Of a stretch of 64,000 nucleotides of DNA, positions 49,039-58,157 are shown piece after piece (the first letter of the stretch is position 1; each line of letters starts with the position of its first letter). The position numbers and the translations under genes are program-made. The notes beneath the pieces were generated by a model. That model saw nothing but the letters and a program-made list of their open reading frames with translations. It searched no databases and was not told where the DNA came from. Source of the stretch: a virus (Duplodnaviria > Heunggongvirae > Uroviricota > Caudoviricetes); the IMG/VR virus record IMGVR_UViG_2922289487_000003, positions 33,731 to 97,730 of that record, one strand, 5' to 3'.

Positions 49039-49425
49039 ATGGCTACCAACGAAACTGAAAACAAATTAGGTCGCTACGCTGCTTATATCGATTCTCTTAT
49101 CACTATCTCCCCAAAAACTCAGGCGACCATTGCGAAAGAAATGGGGTACAGAAACTCCAACAATCTCTCACTTATCAAGAGCGGTAAAATCCCGCTGCCG
49201 GTAGATAAGGTGAGACCATTAGCGCTGTCGCTGGATGCAGATCCGGTTCGACTGATGCTCATGGTGCTGGAAGAGCGTCATCCCGAACTGCTTGAATTTT
49301 TCCGCGAAGAAGGTACTGCGCCTCTCACTAAGGATGAAAAACTTGTGTTAGAAGCATTCCGCAAGCGTTTTGATAACCAGCAGGGTGCTTCAGAGAAGGT
49401 TGTTGAGGCTATCAAGTCACTGTGA
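49039..49425 (+). CDS. helix-turn-helix (XRE/Cro-like) transcriptional regulator
   Basis: QATIAKEMGYRNSNNLSLIKSGK fits an HTH. Converges on the integrase gene. Confidence 0.5.
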   Translation: MATNETENKLGRYAAYIDSLITISPKTQATIAKEMGYRNSNNLSLIKSGKIPLPVDKVRPLALSLDADPVRLMLMVLEERHPELLEFFREEGTAPLTKDEKLVLEAFRKRFDNQQGASEKVVEAIKSL

Positions 49426-50523
49426 GAAGTTTATCCGAATAAGCTCGGTTGACAGACGATCACCCTTGAACTTGTGGTCAATCTCATCCAGGTCTATCTG
49501 CTCAACAATAGATGCGATGTACGCCGAGAAGCTGTTTAAGGCGTCTCGCATCTGATCCATATAGTCGTGACGGTCATATACCTGGTCTATACCTTCAAGG
49601 CTATGGTTCATGATCTTACGTGCTACTTCCTGATTAATACCCAGAGCCGGAAAATAACTACGCGCTGTTCTTCTCAGATCTCGCGGCGTAAAGGGTTCAA
49701 CCTCAGTCAATTCAGGTCGCTCAAGTATCCTTCTCAGTGCCTGGGCGATGGCCACCTTAGACATCGGAGAGTCTTCGCCGCGCTTCTTGTTCGACGGAAC
49801 GAGCCACTGGCTACCTTTGCCATACTCGATCAGTGCTTCTACGCATTGCCGCATTAGCGGACTGAGTGGTAGTGAGTGCTGTCGGGCCGACTTGTTTCGA
49901 GTTCCTTGATTCCATACATCTCTCTTAAGATCAAACTCTTGCACCCGCGCCCTGAGTACTTCATCAGGTCGTCTGGCAGCGACAAGACAGAGCCTGGCCG
50001 CCCATTTCGTGCCTTCACAAACGCTGAAATAGTCCCAGACGTTCCAGAAAACCCAAACCTCTGCGTCGGTCAGTTTCCGTTCTCGTGGCACCGGTTTTGC
50101 ACCTCCGGCAACCTTGTTGAGCGACATATCATTCAGCGGAGATGTATCAATCACGCCCTGAAAAGCGCACCAACCCAGAAACTGCTTCATCAGGGAGAAC
50201 ACGCGTCTACCCATGACGATCTTGCCTTCCAGTATCAACGGGTTTACCAGTTGGTTAACCAGAACGCGGTTAATTTCCCTTACTTTCACATCAGCAATAT
50301 GCGGAAGAACATGTATCAAAACACAGTGAACTGCGATCTCTGGTCGACGCCGGGTAATCAGCAAAGATAAGCGAGTGAATAACATGAAGGCATCGGAAAA
50401 CTTCATATCGCCACTTACCAGAGAGGCTGTCAACGCGTTCATCTGCGATGCCTTTTCCAGAAATTCAATCGCGTCCCGCGATGTGTTTTCGGCTGCGCGT
50501 GCTCGATCAAATGAGTTTTTCAT
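49417..50523 (-). CDS. int: tyrosine site-specific recombinase/integrase (P4-like catalytic domain; N-terminus short)
   Basis: C-terminal RDLRRTARSY...NHSLEGIDQVYDRHDY (R, H-x-x-R, Y catalytic residues). Confidence 0.7.
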   Translation of the reverse strand: MKNSFDRARAAENTSRDAIEFLEKASQMNALTASLVSGDMKFSDAFMLFTRLSLLITRRRPEIAVHCVLIHVLPHIADVKVREINRVLVNQLVNPLILEGKIVMGRRVFSLMKQFLGWCAFQGVIDTSPLNDMSLNKVAGGAKPVPRERKLTDAEVWVFWNVWDYFSVCEGTKWAARLCLVAARRPDEVLRARVQEFDLKRDVWNQGTRNKSARQHSLPLSPLMRQCVEALIEYGKGSQWLVPSNKKRGEDSPMSKVAIAQALRRILERPELTEVEPFTPRDLRRTARSYFPALGINQEVARKIMNHSLEGIDQVYDRHDYMDQMRDALNSFSAYIASIVEQIDLDEIDHKFKGDRLSTELIRINFSQ

Positions 50524-50620
50524 TGTCCAATCACTTAGTTGCGCCGTGATACTGGATGAATAACCAGTATATTAGGCATGATTTCTTATAGGATCAAGTC
50601 TCAAAATACAGTGTTTTGAC

Positions 50621-50655
50621 CAATGATTCCATACTTTATAGGTATGGAATCATTG
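50621..50655. repeat. perfect 14-bp inverted repeat around a 7-bp spacer (CAATGATTCCATAC-tttatag-GTATGGAATCATTG): candidate recombinase core site
   Basis: Read directly. Roughly 100 bp upstream of the integrase start. Confidence 0.45.
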
Positions 50656-50790
50656 TAGCCTGATTTTTTGAAATCTGTTGTATGTTAGGCAAGATTCCCC
50701 ACTGATTGTGGGAAAATAAATATATGGCGTTTTAACGCGGTCTAATTGAATCTGGTATCATATTGAAAAAGGACAATTAACCCATTAATC

Positions 50791-51264
50791 ATGACTAATT
50801 TTGATGAGCTTGCTGAATTCGGTGGACCGCGTATGCAGGCAGCAATTTTTAACGTGGCCGGAGTTGATTACGGTGTGTATTTTACAGAAATCACCAAGGA
50901 TAACCTGTTTGATTGCGCGGTTGAGTTTCCACAGGGTTTTACGTTTCCTGAATACGGAAAACATTACGATGTAGTGTTTGACTCTCTTCAGAACAGCAAG
51001 GATAAGACATATTTTAAAAGAATGGAAAACCTGCCTGATGGTGCCGGTACTCGAGTCCTCAAACGCGTTGAAAGAATAATTATTGACCACTATAATACTT
51101 TTAATGTGGCACTTTACACGTTTGCACCAGAAGACCTAAAACTTTCAGGTGTTTACTGTCGATTTGTGGCCATGAAGAAACACAGAGGGTCTACTATTGA
51201 AGTAGGCTTGGAACCAGGGGGGAGGGCGAATGTCTTACGAACGCCAAAATTCTACACGGCTTGA
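50791..51264 (+). CDS. hypothetical protein (plus strand, divergent from integrase)
   Basis: ORF with an AT-rich upstream region. Confidence 0.4.
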   Translation: MTNFDELAEFGGPRMQAAIFNVAGVDYGVYFTEITKDNLFDCAVEFPQGFTFPEYGKHYDVVFDSLQNSKDKTYFKRMENLPDGAGTRVLKRVERIIIDHYNTFNVALYTFAPEDLKLSGVYCRFVAMKKHRGSTIEVGLEPGGRANVLRTPKFYTA

Positions 51265-51736
51265 GCAGTATCGTGCTCGCCAGGCTGAACGCATCGATGC
51301 TATGAATCGGGCTATCGAAGCGGGCCAAACTACTGTAGTCGCATCCTCTTCTGAAAATGCGGAGCCTGTTCGCACGCCTATCAATATTGATTTCAAACCA
51401 GGGAATTCTGATTTTTCAAGGACAGTACTCACTACCGTAAAACCCTTCATCGAAGGTTATAGACGAGCTGGTTTGATACCCACCCGGGGGCGCAAAAGTC
51501 CTACCGCTGCCGGTGTAGAGGTCGCAATCCGACCACGTATAGATGTAAGAGCTGCGGCATTGATCTCAAGCACGTCACAAGATGAACCGCGTGATGGGCA
51601 ACTTTTTGCTTATGACGCACGTACGGGTCGGATGGTTCCTGTAAATGAACGTGATGTCGCTCAGAGAGTCAGAGTCGTTACTAGAGGTCGTGGTAGACCA
51701 AGACGGCACAATCTAGCAGTAGCTAGAAATAAATAA
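51230..51736 (+). CDS. hypothetical protein with C-terminal RGRGRPRR (AT-hook-like) motif
   Basis: Overlaps the previous ORF. Followed by a terminator. Confidence 0.4.
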   Translation: MSYERQNSTRLEQYRARQAERIDAMNRAIEAGQTTVVASSSENAEPVRTPINIDFKPGNSDFSRTVLTTVKPFIEGYRRAGLIPTRGRKSPTAAGVEVAIRPRIDVRAAALISSTSQDEPRDGQLFAYDARTGRMVPVNERDVAQRVRVVTRGRGRPRRHNLAVARNK

Positions 51737-51755
51737 GCCCCGTACGGGGCTTTTT
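51735..51755 (+). terminator. rho-independent terminator (AAGCCCCGTACGGGGCTTTTT)
   Basis: GC stem plus T-run after the plus-strand operon. Confidence 0.6.
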
Positions 51756-51896
51756 GCTGGGTCAAAACTGGGCAGTTTCAAACTCAGTGTGACCGCCAAT
51801 ACGGTGGCCATTAATGAAGAGAAGATCTGCGGAAGATTTCGCACTGTATGGGCAACCTTCTCTGACAGCTTTCGTCCATAGAACACAGGTTTTCCC

Positions 51897-52694
51897 TTAC
51901 TGGTAGGCTTCCAGCGCTACCTTGCACAGATCTGAGCGCACACAGTCTTCGGTTGTGAACTCAATAAGGCCAACATGAGACGAAGGCTTAAAGCGCTCCA
52001 GTGCATCCTCCAGACCTGACTTCACATTGCCAGGCAGGTCGCATTGCGTGATATCGCCGTTCACAATGACCGTCACGTTCTCACCCATGCGAGTCAGGAA
52101 CATTTTCATTTGTGACGCCGTCACGTTTTGCGCCTCATCGAGAATAACGAAAGCGTTCTCGAATGTACGTCCGCGCATGTATGCAAAGGGGGCGATTTCC
52201 ACTTTGCCCACCTCTGGCTTTAAGCAGTATTCGAGGAATGAGCCACCCAGACGCTTCTGTAGCACGTCATATACTGGCCGGAAGAACGGAGCGAACTTCT
52301 CAGCCATATCACCAGGGAGAAAGCCCAGATCTTCTTCTGCTTGCAATACCGGACGCGTCACGATGATCTTGTCGACTTCCTTATCCAGCAGACGCTGCGC
52401 GGCGGTGGCTGCTGCCAGGTATGTCTTCCCGCAGCCGGCTTCACCCGTGGCGAACGTAAGAGATTTACTGTCGAGGGAGATGAGGTAGTGGGCCTGGGCT
52501 TCGTTACGCGCTTCGATGGGGGAGTTGTCACGCTTGGGTTTTGGGGGCAGAGCAGGGGCGGTTTGCAGTTCGTCGACAATGATAGTGTCAATTTCATAGC
52601 CGTGAATGCGGGATTTAGACTTAAGAGCCTGACGAGCTGCGCGACGCGCCTGTTTACGTTTGTTTCCCATATTGAGTCCTTTCAAGTGAGTCAC
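51897..52694 (-). CDS. phoH: PhoH-like ATPase
   Basis: FATGEAGCGKTYLAAATAAQ Walker A and the PhoH core; LDEAQN Walker B. Confidence 0.85.
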   Translation of the reverse strand: MTHLKGLNMGNKRKQARRAARQALKSKSRIHGYEIDTIIVDELQTAPALPPKPKRDNSPIEARNEAQAHYLISLDSKSLTFATGEAGCGKTYLAAATAAQRLLDKEVDKIIVTRPVLQAEEDLGFLPGDMAEKFAPFFRPVYDVLQKRLGGSFLEYCLKPEVGKVEIAPFAYMRGRTFENAFVILDEAQNVTASQMKMFLTRMGENVTVIVNGDITQCDLPGNVKSGLEDALERFKPSSHVGLIEFTTEDCVRSDLCKVALEAYQ

Positions 52695-52727
52695 TGTGAG
52701 TGACTATAGCCTATAACGATAGGTAAG

Positions 52728-52749
52728 TCATTACCTATCGGTGTGGTCG
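52728..52749. promoter_or_regulatory. motif B instance (GATAGGTAAGTCATTACCTATC), best palindrome in the window, upstream of phoH
   Basis: 22-bp near-perfect palindrome. Confidence 0.45.
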
Positions 52750-52913
52750 TATTCACATTATGAAAAACAGCCGTATGGTACTCGAAAGTTGATAAATAAA
52801 AGAAAAAGAACCACTTATTGGTGGTTAAATAACCTAAAGAAGATATTATGATAGGATATGAAGAGTGTTAAATAGCTCACTACCGGTCTTTTTCGTGACA
52901 AGGAACAGTTCCC

Positions 52914-53180
52914 ATGCATATTACAGTTACCACACAGCAGGTACACACGCATAAGAAAAACATAAGACGAGAAGACCTGAACGGACTCACCTGTTTTATG
53001 CAAATGGCTCATAGTGTACGGGTCACCGCATCATTAGATCATCAGGCTATTGTTCGCGGCGTTCTTGGAGAACCTGACAGCCATGAACACCATCAGTTAT
53101 CTTCCTATTGGCGTTGGGATAATGTAGATGCGGTGAAGTTGGTGGATGTTTTGTATGCCGTAGCTACAGCCAGAGTATAA
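52914..53180 (+). CDS. hypothetical protein
   Basis: ORF preceding the AT-rich 430-aa gene. Confidence 0.3.
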   Translation: MHITVTTQQVHTHKKNIRREDLNGLTCFMQMAHSVRVTASLDHQAIVRGVLGEPDSHEHHQLSSYWRWDNVDAVKLVDVLYAVATARV

Positions 53181-53220
53181 TCATGAGCACACTTCAAATT
53201 ACTACAAAAGTATAATTATT

Positions 53221-54513
53221 ATGAGAATCACAATTCACAAACCTATTGTAATATTCATTGCTCTGCTGATGTTAACATTTATTTTTTGGGATTGGCTTCA
53301 AGATAACATTGCTGTTGTAGGTGGCCTTGCAACTGCCTTCGCTTTTCTAGCCACGGCATGGACGGCATTCGAAGCTAAAGCCAGTGCAAGAGCTGCTATG
53401 AAGGCGACACAGTTGACATCGGAGTCCTTGCTTGAAATGAAGAAATCTTCCTTTAAAGATTGGCTTGAAATGCTACTTTCTCAACATGAAAAAATCCATC
53501 AGGAGGTAGTATTAGAATTATTAAAAAAAGACTCAGATTTTAACGTTAAACTAGAGTTGAATTTCGCTGATGCTATATATTATTCATTAGCTAAAAAACA
53601 GTTATTTACCAGATACGTTAGTCATTTTATTTCAATTCTAGAGTACATAGACAAGGAGTTTTATCTATCATCTAATGCTGACGGTGAAAGAGAACAATAT
53701 ATTGAGCAACTGCAAAACAGAGTTAACCCGGAAGTAAAAATGGTTATTGCGATTCTTGGGTTAAATATTAGATCTACAAGAACTTACAATGCTAGTAAGC
53801 TGAATATGTTGCTAAACAAGTATCACTTCTTTAAGAATGATTGTTTTTTTACTGATGCACATGCTCGATTGCAATGGCTGCATTCCTATATATTAGAGCT
53901 ATTTACAAACGAATATAGAAAATCGGTTGAATACTATGTAAATGAAAATATTAAAAAGTACAAAAAAGGGATAAGGAATCCCATCAATGACCAGTACTTT
54001 GATAAACACCAAAAAATAAAATTTGTCTTATTCTGGTCATATGATAACCTTTGTAGAGGTTATCTTGAAGAAATGTTTTCAAAATTACCGACAAATGTCA
54101 GAAATGGGATTTATATAAGTATCAGTGAGGCGGTTCAGAAAAAAGAAGATATTGAGCAAAGATTGTCTCAACTCATTGGGTTTACTGTTCCTCGTGCAAA
54201 TGACAAGATTAAAACAATTAAAAACCAAAGAGATATACTTTTACTCCTTCGATTTTATTTGAGATTTAAGGATGAAATTAAGTTAAACAATATTATATTT
54301 TCGGGGCGTATCTCCAAAGTGTATGGCAATGAACTAACTAAAACAGTGCATGATTATGAGTTTTTCGTGGCTCTATTACGACTAGCGCGTGATGATGAGA
54401 AAGAAAAAGTAATTGATGAAATTATAGATGTTGCTATTCAAATGCGTGATTATTACGTATCCAGGCTTGATGATTACAGTTTTCGTAAGAAAGAGAATAA
54501 TGATATGAGTTGA
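53221..54513 (+). CDS. membrane-anchored protein (two N-terminal TM helices plus about 350-aa cytoplasmic helical domain), very AT-rich, moron-like
   Basis: TM1 IVIFIALLMLTFIFW, TM2 IAVVGGLATAFAFLATAWTAF. GC content visibly far below neighbours. Terminator follows. Confidence 0.5.
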   Translation: MRITIHKPIVIFIALLMLTFIFWDWLQDNIAVVGGLATAFAFLATAWTAFEAKASARAAMKATQLTSESLLEMKKSSFKDWLEMLLSQHEKIHQEVVLELLKKDSDFNVKLELNFADAIYYSLAKKQLFTRYVSHFISILEYIDKEFYLSSNADGEREQYIEQLQNRVNPEVKMVIAILGLNIRSTRTYNASKLNMLLNKYHFFKNDCFFTDAHARLQWLHSYILELFTNEYRKSVEYYVNENIKKYKKGIRNPINDQYFDKHQKIKFVLFWSYDNLCRGYLEEMFSKLPTNVRNGIYISISEAVQKKEDIEQRLSQLIGFTVPRANDKIKTIKNQRDILLLLRFYLRFKDEIKLNNIIFSGRISKVYGNELTKTVHDYEFFVALLRLARDDEKEKVIDEIIDVAIQMRDYYVSRLDDYSFRKKENNDMS

Positions 54514-54519
54514 TACTCA

Positions 54520-54539
54520 AAGGGGCTTAGCCCCTTTTG
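54520..54539. terminator. bidirectional terminator hairpin (AAAGGGGCTTAGCCCCTTTT)
   Basis: Between convergent genes 53221..54513 and 54565..55155. Confidence 0.6.
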
Positions 54540-54564
54540 TATTAAACGATGGACTAGATCGCAA

Positions 54565-55155
54565 TCAGAAACGATAACCAACGCCAACTATCCACGTTTT
54601 GGTCTTCACATCGCCTTTCTTCATATAGTCGTAGGCAACGTCAACGACCCAATTGTTGATGAGATCAATCTGCACACCGGCCCCATAAGCGGCAGCGGTG
54701 TGTTTATCGCTGGTTTTGTATTCCCGTGTGGAAATCGACGACTCAGTGCGAGCGATACCGGCTACTGCATAAGCGCTGATGTAGTCATTGAAACGATAAG
54801 ATGGGCCGACAGTTAAGCTGTAATACTTTTGCTTGTCGGTTCTAACCTTACCGTACATCAGCTTGTCGAACGTCCATTTCCCGGTAGTCTGGTCGTAACC
54901 ATAGCCACGATAATACCCCTTCTGGTTGTCTTCATTTCTCGCAATAGTAAACGTCCCAACCAGGCTAAAATTGGAATTGAACTCGTGGCGATATTTAAAA
55001 TTAGTACCGTGGAGATCATGCTTCTCGCCATCTGTCAGTGTTATTTTTGTATTCGCGTAACCGACAGAAAACGTATTTCTGGACGAATCTGCGTAAGCCT
55101 GGTTGACAAACAACGCCCCTGAAAGCGCTAGTAAAGCGCATAACTTAAACTTCAT
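54565..55155 (-). CDS. lom: Ail/Lom/PagC/OmpX-family outer membrane beta-barrel protein
   Basis: Signal peptide, alternating beta-strand pattern, C-terminal WIVGVGYRF. Confidence 0.85.
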   Translation of the reverse strand: MKFKLCALLALSGALFVNQAYADSSRNTFSVGYANTKITLTDGEKHDLHGTNFKYRHEFNSNFSLVGTFTIARNEDNQKGYYRGYGYDQTTGKWTFDKLMYGKVRTDKQKYYSLTVGPSYRFNDYISAYAVAGIARTESSISTREYKTSDKHTAAAYGAGVQIDLINNWVVDVAYDYMKKGDVKTKTWIVGVGYRF

Positions 55156-55202
55156 AACACCTCCGCTTTGTTATTTAGTGACTATTTAAACTGGTCTTAA
55201 TT

Positions 55203-55832
55203 TTAATCGTACAGCGACGCATTGATGTAATTGACCGTATTACCGTTTGGCAAATACGGAGTATTGTGCGGGAATGTCGCCGTCAATCCGGCCCCCATAT
55301 TTCCAAGTTCAATTACGTTTCCGTAAGCACATGGCGCCTCAAGGTTCAGGATGTAAGCCGGGCTGAAACTTCTCCACCAATATTGCTGCGGTACGGCAAT
55401 GGTGGCGGTGGCGTGGCTAACATCGACCTTTCGTTTAGAGTCTTTGTTGAGTGCGACGAACTTGTTCTGCAATGGTCTTGCTGATGTGGAATAGACTCGT
55501 CGTCCTGTTTTGTCGTACATCTCCATTCCCCACCCGCCTGCAGATTTTGGAATATCGTTCGTGAAGATATAGAACGTGCCGGCAACGTTGCCTGACGCCC
55601 TGGTTCTGATAACCCAGGTACTCCCTGAGACATACTGCGTGGTATGCAAGGGAACCATGCTGTTTAAACGCGTATAGCAAACCACTCTCAGCGATGCAGA
55701 TATTCCGGTGTCATGAATTTTCGCAACCCCCGTATGGGAAAAGCTCATCTTTTTCGCGAAATGCATACAGGGGGTATCTGGTGTCGCGAATATTCTTCCG
55801 CTGCTATCCCTTAGCATCATTCCGTAGGCCAT
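55203..55832 (-). CDS. hypothetical protein; N-terminus (MAYG..D..GR) paralogous to the adjacent upstream ORF
   Basis: MAYGMMLRDSSGRIF versus MAYGARVYDERGRGW in 55832..56104. Confidence 0.4.
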   Translation of the reverse strand: MAYGMMLRDSSGRIFATPDTPCMHFAKKMSFSHTGVAKIHDTGISASLRVVCYTRLNSMVPLHTTQYVSGSTWVIRTRASGNVAGTFYIFTNDIPKSAGGWGMEMYDKTGRRVYSTSARPLQNKFVALNKDSKRKVDVSHATATIAVPQQYWWRSFSPAYILNLEAPCAYGNVIELGNMGAGLTATFPHNTPYLPNGNTVNYINASLYD

Positions 55833-56104
55833 TACACAGTCTCCAGAAAAACAATAAAGGTGGTTGGTTTTGGTGAGTTGTATCTGACGGTATTCCCCGA
55901 CACGACAAAGGACGCTTCAACGACATAATCGCCGCTGACATCAGCAACAACGACTACGCGTAATTTAAAGAGTGAGGTGTTGAAGTCGTAGGTGAGCGTC
56001 CCAGAGCCGGAAATGTTCGATCTGACGTCCATAACCCAGGTGGGTTGCACGACATCAATCCAGCCTCGCCCTCTTTCGTCGTAAACTCTTGCTCCGTATG
56101 CCAC
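55832..56104 (-). CDS. hypothetical protein (MAYG paralog)
   Basis: Shares its N-terminal motif with 55203..55832. Stop/start overlap at 55832. Confidence 0.35.
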   Translation of the reverse strand: MAYGARVYDERGRGWIDVVQPTWVMDVRSNISGSGTLTYDFNTSLFKLRVVVVADVSGDYVVEASFVVSGNTVRYNSPKPTTFIVFLETV

Positions 56105-56122
56105 GGTTCCCTCCGTTATGGC

Positions 56123-56326
56123 TTATTCCATTACCTGTCGATTTTTGAACGTTTCTTTAAAGCTGGACGGCTTGCCGTGCGTCAGCGTTTGGGCCTGATC
56201 GGTTGCCCCGATGATGAATTTCAACTTGCCGCGTCTGTCGGCCAGAATCACAGCGTGGCTTCGGATGAATACGCGATCGCCGTTTTTGCTTTTCTTCCCA
56301 AACTGCATGGGTTCCTCTGTTTGCAT
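56123..56326 (-). CDS. hypothetical small protein
   Basis: Probable ATG at 56324-56326. A hairpin (56333-56356) lies directly upstream. Confidence 0.3.
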   Translation of the reverse strand: MQTEEPMQFGKKSKNGDRVFIRSHAVILADRRGKLKFIIGATDQAQTLTHGKPSSFKETFKNRQVME

Positions 56327-56662
56327 ATGCAAAAAGGGGCCGAAGCCCCTTTGGATTTTGCGCTGAAAAAAAAGTGTTACTACGATGCTAAGAAGCACTA
56401 TGGTTAAGAACGTCTGCCGTAATGTCTATCACAGCGTTGAACGGTCTGGAGACGTTAGCGGAGTCTTTCAGTTGAATGGAAAACCAAACCGTTCAGCGAT
56501 GTGCCTCAAAATTTAGCTTGTTGTGACGCCAGGTGCTTATCTTCTGGTTGCTTCAAAGAGCTGCAATTCATCACAACGGTAAGAGCATTCAGGGAATCAG
56601 ATCCGTCGCGAACAGCCAAAGAGCGCGCCTTCCTCGCTGTCGTCCAAATGCTCTTACCGTTG

Positions 56663-56739
56663 TGGCGATGGTGGGTGGATTCGAACCACCGACCCGTTGA
56701 TTAACAGTCAACCGCTCTAACCACTGAGCTACACCATCA
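56663..56739 (-). tRNA. tRNA-Asn (anticodon GTT), CCA encoded
   Basis: Cloverleaf folded by hand. 7-bp acceptor GATGGTG/CACCATC, D arm GCTC-AGTGGTTA-GAGC, anticodon stem-loop GTTGA-CTGTTAA-TCAAC, T arm GGTGG-TTCGAAT-CCACC, discriminator G then CCA. Differs from E. coli tRNA-Asn. Confidence 0.8.
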
Positions 56740-57453
56740 GTTTCGCAGCGGTAATCGTTCAGGAGTAAGAAACTTTCCCGCTACTTGCACTTTACGTTAG
56801 TGCCAGACGAAGCTTGCTTTTCAGTCACAAAGAGCAAAGATCTGGAAAACAACACCGTTGTCGAGGGCAGCGTGTTTCTTCGATCTAATGAGATGTATGG
56901 AATCATCTCGTGTTGCGAAAACAGGGCTATGTTGGCAACAGTAAGGGACTATCCAGAGGGTAGATCCCTGTTTCCACAACGTTGAAGCCACTGAGCCGGT
57001 TAATGTTGCACCCCAAACGTATCAACTGGACAGCCTCTGTGGATTTCACTGTTAAATTGAAAAATACCAGTGGCTTCAACGTTGTGAGCTGGCTAACCCG
57101 GCCAGCCGGGTTACGTCGCCGCTTTAACCCAAGCTTAAACGACATTAGTAATGGAAATGACGTAACAGGATGGACGGTCGTCGTTTGAACCGGGATAGTG
57201 AATGGAATGAGGAAAACCACCGCCCATCCTGTTACTTCATCGGAAAGAGCATGGGTGGTGCCGTATCATGCTCTCTCCTGCGTTCTGCAATCACACTCGC
57301 TCAGTGTGTCCCATTTTGGCGACGAGGCTGGAAACTGACCTCGCTGGTATTCGGCTTATTAGGCTACTGCCAGATAGACTTCTTCGTTTGCACTTGTATT
57401 TAAAGTCAAACAGCCGCGTCTCAACGAAAACAAAGTCATCTTATATATATTAG

Positions 57454-57474
57454 ATAAGTAAGTAAATACCTATT
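57454..57474. promoter_or_regulatory. motif B instance (GATAAGTAAGTAAATACCTAT) overlapping the stop of 57470..57775
   Basis: Quasi-palindrome. Confidence 0.4.
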
Positions 57475-57775
57475 TACTCAATAAGCGTTCAGTTGCTACC
57501 TTTTTGATCAAACTCACCTTGCTGGCCGGGGTGCGGCTGATGACAGCGGTAAAGCGTTTCGCCTGGATGGTAATTGTCTCGTTCTCTTTCAATTCCCCGT
57601 AGCGCACTTCCATAAGCGTTCCCAGCCTCCAGAGCGCGTCATCGATACGCTTACGACCGGCTATCCATAGCAAAAGCATCTTTACGAGAAACTGGCCGAG
57701 TCCGAAGACGCAGCCGAAACCACACGCCACTAAGTAAGTGGCAAGCCACCAGTTCAGAGAGGTCAGCTCGCTCAT
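57470..57775 (-). CDS. membrane protein (two TM helices)
   Basis: LNWWLATYLVACGFGCVFGLGQFLVKMLLLWIAG. Confidence 0.4.
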   Translation of the reverse strand: MSELTSLNWWLATYLVACGFGCVFGLGQFLVKMLLLWIAGRKRIDDALWRLGTLMEVRYGELKENETITIQAKRFTAVISRTPASKVSLIKKVATERLLSK

Positions 57776-57945
57776 TTCACCACTCCTGTTTCATGAACAA
57801 CACGGTAGACGCGTTTACCAACGCGCAGGGTTTTCGTTTTCAATTGCTGCTTAAGCTGATGAATGCAGAGCATGTAACCGAGTCCGGCGCCAATGACTAA
57901 GGACAGCACCGCTATTGTCAGTAATAATGAGATGTATGGAATCAT
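57772..57945 (-). CDS. small membrane protein (57 aa; not in ORF track)
   Basis: Own translation MIPYISLLLTIAVLSLVIGAGLGYMLCIHQL... ATGA/TGA overlaps with both neighbours. Confidence 0.3.
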   Translation of the reverse strand: MIPYISLLLTIAVLSLVIGAGLGYMLCIHQLKQQLKTKTLRVGKRVYRVVHETGVVK

Positions 57946-58157
57946 GCGTACACTCCTGCCTCAATGAGTTTACCAAGCAGTTCCCGCCCTTTGTTTGTCA
58001 GTTGGTAGTTCTCTGTATCCCCTTCTGGCGCTACATTCGCTACCAGATTCATTCGTTCCAGCTTTGCGCGGGTTTTTGGCTGCCAGTGAGCATAAAAGCA
58101 CGACCACTGACTGATTTCGCGCAGAGTCGCTTTCTCCCGTTTACTCAGTACGATCAT
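57942..58157 (-). CDS. hypothetical small protein
   Basis: AAGGAGG Shine-Dalgarno before the ATG at 58157. Confidence 0.4.
   Translation of the reverse strand: MIVLSKREKATLREISQWSCFYAHWQPKTRAKLERMNLVANVAPEGDTENYQLTNKGRELLGKLIEAGVYA

Noticed and set aside
56571-56662. Second tRNA adjacent to tRNA-Asn
   Set aside because: The stem is 17 bp with a 58-nt loop. It cannot be folded into a cloverleaf, so it was treated as a hairpin.
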